From Candidatus Bathyarchaeota archaeon (GTDB lineage: Archaea > Thermoproteota > Bathyarchaeia > Bathyarchaeales > Bathycorpusculaceae): DNA of 64,000 nucleotides. The stretch lies in the NCBI GenBank assembly GCA_963815095.1, contig CAWFFH010000003.1, positions 1,344,001 through 1,408,000 on the forward strand, read 5' to 3'. The stretch's first letter is position 1. Every line of letters starts with the position of its first letter. The notes under the pieces were generated by a model. That model worked only from the letters and a program-made list of their open reading frames with translations, made no database searches and was not told where the DNA came from. Positions 59,354 through 64,000 of this stretch are shown piece after piece. The translations under genes and the position numbers were made by a program.

Positions 59354-60394
59354 TTGGTGATTATTTTGCTTGCTGCCTTTTACTATAACAATCATGACAT
59401 TCGCGTTGAACAAATCCCTCTTCCGAGCATTGGTGAAGATGAAGCGTTGCTTAAGGTGATAGCTAGCGGTATCTGCGGTAGCGATGTTTTGGAGTGGTAC
59501 CGTATTCCTAAGGCACCCCGTGTGTTGGGTCATGAAGCTACAGGCATTATTAGTAAAGTTGGCAGCAAAGTTAACAGCATCAAAGTTGGCGACCGGGTGT
59601 TTGTTTCTCACCATGTTCCATGCAATACATGTAGGCACTGCCAACGCGGAAACCACACCGCCTGTCACACACTTCACACAACCAACTATTACCCCGGCGG
59701 CTTTGCACAATACGTTCAAGTTCCCAAGATCAACGTCCAAATCGGTACCTACAAACTGCCTGATGCTATGAGTTTTGAAGAAGGCACATTCATTGAGCCA
59801 CTTGCATGTGTCTCACGGGGGCAACGCCTCGCCAACCTGCAAAAGGAAGACTCGCTTCTAATCATTGGCAGCGGCATCTCAGGCATCCTCCACGCACAAC
59901 TTGCCAAATTCAAAGGCATAGAGAACATCATTGTAGCGGACATCAACCCGTACAGGTTGGAGCTTGCTAAAAAATTCGGCGCAAACCACGCTCTCAACGC
60001 CAAAGATAACCTGCCTGAAAAACTCAAAGAAGTAAACGATGGGCACTTAGCCGATCAAGTTGTCGTTTGCACAGGTGCAACTTCTGCGGCAATGTCTGCC
60101 ATGGACTGCGTTGAAAATGGCGGAACTATACTGTTCTTTGCCGTGCCCGACCCAACTGTGAAGCTGCAAGTGCCCATTAACCAGTTTTGGCGAAACGAAA
60201 TTTCCATGCGCACGAGCTATGGGGCAGCCCCAAATGACCTTGAAGATTCGCTTAGGTACTTGGCTACTGGAAAATTAAACGTTAAAGACATGATTACTCA
60301 CAGGTTTAGCTTGCGCGAAGCTCAAGAGGGGTTCCGTTTGATGGCTGAAGCAGGGCAATCGCTCAAAGTAATTTTAGAGCCAAACAGCGAGTAA
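59354..60394 (+). CDS. Zn-dependent alcohol (polyol) dehydrogenase
   Basis: GICGSD, GHE, CNTCRHC...C, EPLAC. Confidence 0.9.
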   Translation: MVIILLAAFYYNNHDIRVEQIPLPSIGEDEALLKVIASGICGSDVLEWYRIPKAPRVLGHEATGIISKVGSKVNSIKVGDRVFVSHHVPCNTCRHCQRGNHTACHTLHTTNYYPGGFAQYVQVPKINVQIGTYKLPDAMSFEEGTFIEPLACVSRGQRLANLQKEDSLLIIGSGISGILHAQLAKFKGIENIIVADINPYRLELAKKFGANHALNAKDNLPEKLKEVNDGHLADQVVVCTGATSAAMSAMDCVENGGTILFFAVPDPTVKLQVPINQFWRNEISMRTSYGAAPNDLEDSLRYLATGKLNVKDMITHRFSLREAQEGFRLMAEAGQSLKVILEPNSE

Positions 60395-60429
60395 AAGAGA
60401 TAAAAACACATTTCAATATACACTCTGCT

Positions 60430-61047
60430 ATGCCAGACTTATTTGACATGATTCGCTCGAGGCGAAGCATTAGAAAATTCCTTCCCCGCCAAGTTCCCAA
60501 AGAGCTTGTCTTGGAGGTTTTGGCGAATGCTGGTTGGGCACCCTCCGCCCACAACGCTCAACCATATGGATTCATCGTTTTAGAAGATGCCCAAATTAAA
60601 CAAGAGTTGGCGGATGCGATGGCTCAAGTTTGGGTTGCAGACCTAGCAAAAGACGGCCAAACCATAGACGCTGATAAACTTCAGGAAAGAGTTGAACGGT
60701 TTGCAAAAGCACCAGTCCTTATCTTGGCATGTATAACAGGAATTGAAGGGCTGCCAAACTATTCTGATGAGCGACGGCGGTCATGCCTTCATGACTTGGC
60801 GGTTCAGAGTTTGGGTGCTGCGATTGAAAACTTGCTTTTGGCAGCGCACGCCAAGAATTTGGGAGCATGTTGGTATTCGTCACCATGCTTCTGTAAAGAG
60901 ACAGTTAGGGAAACATTGGAAATTTCTAATGTGGTGGAGCCGCAGGCGTTTGTCGTTTTGGGTTATCCTGATGAAACTCCAACGGTGCCCAAGAAAAAAT
61001 CGCTTTCTGAATTTTGCTTTGTGGATGCGTGGGGTAGAACGGTTTAG
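60430..61047 (+). CDS. Nitroreductase family protein
   Basis: RRSIRKF, APSAHNAQP, LGACW, LGYP. Confidence 0.9.
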   Translation: MPDLFDMIRSRRSIRKFLPRQVPKELVLEVLANAGWAPSAHNAQPYGFIVLEDAQIKQELADAMAQVWVADLAKDGQTIDADKLQERVERFAKAPVLILACITGIEGLPNYSDERRRSCLHDLAVQSLGAAIENLLLAAHAKNLGACWYSSPCFCKETVRETLEISNVVEPQAFVVLGYPDETPTVPKKKSLSEFCFVDAWGRTV

Positions 61048-61385
61048 GATTTTATCATAGTTAGGAGCATTTTGAACCTTGTTTTAGCCGATAGGGCATG
61101 CGGTTGGTTTGCTGGCAGGATGGTCATTTCGCCCTGCTTGAGACTAACTGGTTTGCCTGATATGGTGACTTGCACTTCACCTTCAAGCACATATACCATT
61201 GCGTCGTAGGGTGCCGTGTGTTCGCTTAAGCCTTGATTATCATCAAACGCAAACAATGTCACGGTTCCAGTTTTCTTGTCAATTAGGGTTCGACTAACCA
61301 CTGAGCCTTTCTGATAATCAATTAAGGCCAACAGGTTAGATGATTTAGCTTGAAGCTCATGATTTTTGTTTGACATAATAACCAC
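61044..61385 (-). CDS. Cupin-domain protein
   Basis: TLFAFD...LSEHTAP...PANQPHAL. Confidence 0.85.
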   Translation of the reverse strand: MVIMSNKNHELQAKSSNLLALIDYQKGSVVSRTLIDKKTGTVTLFAFDDNQGLSEHTAPYDAMVYVLEGEVQVTISGKPVSLKQGEMTILPANQPHALSAKTRFKMLLTMIKS

Positions 61386-61409
61386 TTTATTGTTTGAAGA
61401 CTGAACGAG

Positions 61410-62210
61410 TTATTTCTTTTGTTTTTCTTTTTCCTTATCCCAACTTTTGAGCATTTCACTAATTATTTTGGGTCTTAGCGTGAAAATTTCTTGGGGCTTA
61501 TCAACATAAATGTAAACACTGAAAACTTTGGTAACGCCTGTTGACCCCGTCAACAAGTACTCAGGTTTTCTATGTAAAATGTTTGAATAGGTCTCGAAGA
61601 CTTCATCGAATAGTGTGTTTAATCGCTCTGTTGAGATGCTGTGGTCAAAGCCCATTTCGAAAGTGTAGCAGTAAAGGCTGCCGTTTCTTGTGCTTTCGTA
61701 GACATAGTTGGTGATGTCGCGATCCAAAATTTGAAGGTTGCTTATTGAAATGACGTTGTTGTCTGAGGTCAAAATTTTTGTGTAATTCATGGTTATTTCT
61801 TGGACTAAACCTTCATCCGTGCCAATTTTGACGTACTCACCTACTTTAAAGGGTCTAGCGGCTAAAAGGAAAAGGCCAGCGATGAAGTTACCGATAGTTT
61901 TTTGTGAAGCAAAACCTATGGCGGCGCCGCCTACAGCGGAAACTGACAACAGCCATTCAGCTTGGACTCCGCCCACACTGCTTATGGCTAATACGGCAAA
62001 GATTAGAATTAGAATTCGGAAAGTTAAGACAAGGTTGTTGCGTGCACTTGGTTCGAGTCTAATGCGTTTGGCAAAACCTGTTAGGTAACGGCTAAGTAAT
62101 CTTTCCAAGGTAACTGCTACTATGGCAATAACAATGATGTCGAATATAGTGGAAAGGGGAATTTGGACTCCGAAGATGTCAGCCAAGCCAAACCGCTCGT
62201 TTACTGCCAA
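61410..62210 (-). CDS. MscS-family mechanosensitive channel
   Basis: Three TM segments; IGFASQKTIGNFIAG...RPFKVGEYV. Confidence 0.85.
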   Translation of the reverse strand: MAVNERFGLADIFGVQIPLSTIFDIIVIAIVAVTLERLLSRYLTGFAKRIRLEPSARNNLVLTFRILILIFAVLAISSVGGVQAEWLLSVSAVGGAAIGFASQKTIGNFIAGLFLLAARPFKVGEYVKIGTDEGLVQEITMNYTKILTSDNNVISISNLQILDRDITNYVYESTRNGSLYCYTFEMGFDHSISTERLNTLFDEVFETYSNILHRKPEYLLTGSTGVTKVFSVYIYVDKPQEIFTLRPKIISEMLKSWDKEKEKQKK

Positions 62211-62259
62211 CTTGCAATAAGTCGTCTATAACTCTTTCGCGAAGAAACCCAGCAGGCGA

Positions 62260-62664
62260 CTATTCCTCTTTTTTGTCAGGAATAAAATCCATCGACATCG
62301 AATTAACACAATGCCGCGTATCTTTTTCCGTCAAGTGCTCGCCAGTAAAGACGTGGCCGAGGTGGGCACCACAGTTAACGCACTGGATTTCTGTTCGCCT
62401 ACCATCAGGGTCTGGCAAACGTTTTACAGCTCCTGGGATTTCATCATCAAAGCTTGGCCAACCACAATCTGATTCAAACTTATTTTCTGAACGGTAAAGT
62501 TTTGCGCCGCAGCGTTTGCAGACATAAGTGCCTTTATCCCAAAAAGCGTAGTATTTGCCTGTGAAGGGCATTTCTGTTCCTTTGTTTACGATGACTTGTT
62601 CTTCTTCAGGGTTAAGTTTCTTAAAATTGGTTTGGGGTTGAGAAGCAGACAATAAAAACACCAT
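62260..62664 (-). CDS. msrB: Methionine-R-sulfoxide reductase
   Basis: GTE.PF, GWPSF, AHLGHVF, RHCVNS, two CxxC motifs. Confidence 0.93.
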   Translation of the reverse strand: MVFLLSASQPQTNFKKLNPEEEQVIVNKGTEMPFTGKYYAFWDKGTYVCKRCGAKLYRSENKFESDCGWPSFDDEIPGAVKRLPDPDGRRTEIQCVNCGAHLGHVFTGEHLTEKDTRHCVNSMSMDFIPDKKEE

Positions 62665-62788
62665 TATAGACTATGATTTGGAAAGTAAAAAACCATTCTG
62701 CTTTCACTGAGGCACTATTATGTTGAGAGCTCGGAGGGCAAGCAAACAGGAATAAATATATTTAAAACGATTCATTTGTGACGTTCAG

Positions 62789-63799
62789 TTGGTTACATTG
62801 GATAGAATTGCAAAGGCGGCTTTAGTGGCAGTGGTGTTTGTGGTTATCTTGGCTTTAGCTTTGGCTGCAACGATTATTTCTTTACCAGAGCAATCCTATC
62901 GACATGGCGAAGGTTATGTAGACCCAGCAAGCGGAATTCACATAACCCCTAACGGATACATTACGGGTTCCTCAGACTCTTCAAGCACAATTATTCGACA
63001 TGATGGAAACGTCTACACGCTTACAGGCAACACGACAAACATGGTTACAATCGAAAAAAGCAACATAGTATTCGATGGCAGGGGCTTCTCGTTTATTGGA
63101 CCGCAGGGTTTAAGGCTAGCAGAAGTTTCCAATGTTACCGTAAAAGATCTAAACATTGAAACACATTATCTTCGCATCATATTGGATAAAACAAAAAACA
63201 GCTTAGTGCAAAACGTTTCCTCTAACTATGAGTTTATCCTTTCCCAGTCAGAAAACAATTTAATTTTTAATTGTTCGGGCGTTGTAAGGCTGGAGAACTC
63301 CAACTTCAACACAATCAAAAACTGTGCAACTGGAGAAATATCGCTCAAACAATCAAACGGCAACTCTCTTCTCTATAATACACTTTGGACTCGGGGTCCA
63401 AGCTTAGGATTCTGGCAATCCTCTAATAACTTGGTTTTCGGCAACACCTTTGAGAAGTTCTGGTCATGGATAGGCATGGGTGGCGGTTCCACTAACAACA
63501 AGATTGTTGCAAACAACGTTTGGGCAGGGCAAATCTACCTTGTAGACAAGTTAGAAGGAACTAACTATATCTATCATAACAACTTCTGGAATTTCCATTG
63601 GAACCAATCCGCTACTACTAACTCAGCCAACGTATGGAGCGATAACATGCAGGGTAACTACTGGGGGAGCCCCTGGGGTTCAGACGCTAACCATGACGGC
63701 ATCGGTGACTCACCCTACATCATCGACAGAACAAACAGAGACAACTACCCTTTGATGGCTCCAGTGAACATCGCCGATGAGCCAATTCCTTCCCTCTAA
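62789..63799 (+). CDS. NosD-like beta-helix surface protein, N-terminally anchored
   Basis: TM segment; IYHNNF...GNYW...DGIGDSPY...DNYPLM. Confidence 0.8.
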   Translation: MVTLDRIAKAALVAVVFVVILALALAATIISLPEQSYRHGEGYVDPASGIHITPNGYITGSSDSSSTIIRHDGNVYTLTGNTTNMVTIEKSNIVFDGRGFSFIGPQGLRLAEVSNVTVKDLNIETHYLRIILDKTKNSLVQNVSSNYEFILSQSENNLIFNCSGVVRLENSNFNTIKNCATGEISLKQSNGNSLLYNTLWTRGPSLGFWQSSNNLVFGNTFEKFWSWIGMGGGSTNNKIVANNVWAGQIYLVDKLEGTNYIYHNNFWNFHWNQSATTNSANVWSDNMQGNYWGSPWGSDANHDGIGDSPYIIDRTNRDNYPLMAPVNIADEPIPSL

Positions 63800-64000
63800 A
63801 AAACAGATATAAAGAAGCGCTTGGTATTTACTACCTGAAGGTTTTTGTATGGTTGAAATTACAAAGTTATTTTGGAAACCAGCTTTGACTTCCGACGGTT
63901 TTATGCTAGGTGAAGTGCAGAGCGCCGAACTGGACATGAGCAATTGGCAAATAATCAATTTATTTGTCTCTTTAAGTGAGGAAGCATCCCAAAAAATGGG

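Noticed and set aside
25422-63958. Many short antisense or nested ORFs from the six-frame track
   Set aside because: They are shadows of well-supported genes on the opposite strand or in another frame

Overview
Archaeal chromosomal window, most likely from a Bathyarchaeia-like TACK archaeon. This is inferred from the S19e/L39e/L31e/aIF6/LX/prefoldin/FtsY operon, TFB, SUI1, frequent TTG starts and many C-terminally anchored beta-helix/beta-propeller surface proteins. Core blocks are a ribosomal/SRP-receptor operon (1.7-5.7 kb), an arylacetate uptake/activation/IOR cluster (25.4-38.4 kb), SUI1-TFB (41.9-43.4 kb) and metabolic/stress genes (56-64 kb). Accessory regions lie at the 3' ends of tRNA-Cys and tRNA-Gln. 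Five items stand out. (1) A three-gene RiPP-like system next to tRNA-Gln encodes a radical SAM/SPASM maturase, a precursor with a 12-residue Cys-rich repeat core between a leader and a follower, and a SAM methyltransferase whose N-terminus is a duplicated, core-less copy of that precursor scaffold. (2) An IS110 element has exact ends, an AGA core, an interrupted target gene and a bridge-RNA-like target/donor guide structure, all readable from the sequence. (3) Repeated att-like relics divide about 9 kb downstream of tRNA-Cys into gene cassettes. (4) IorA carries an inserted multi-[4Fe-4S] ferredoxin domain. (5) A metallophosphoesterase is split by a single in-frame TAG. All calls come from reading the sequence by eye; no database searches were run.
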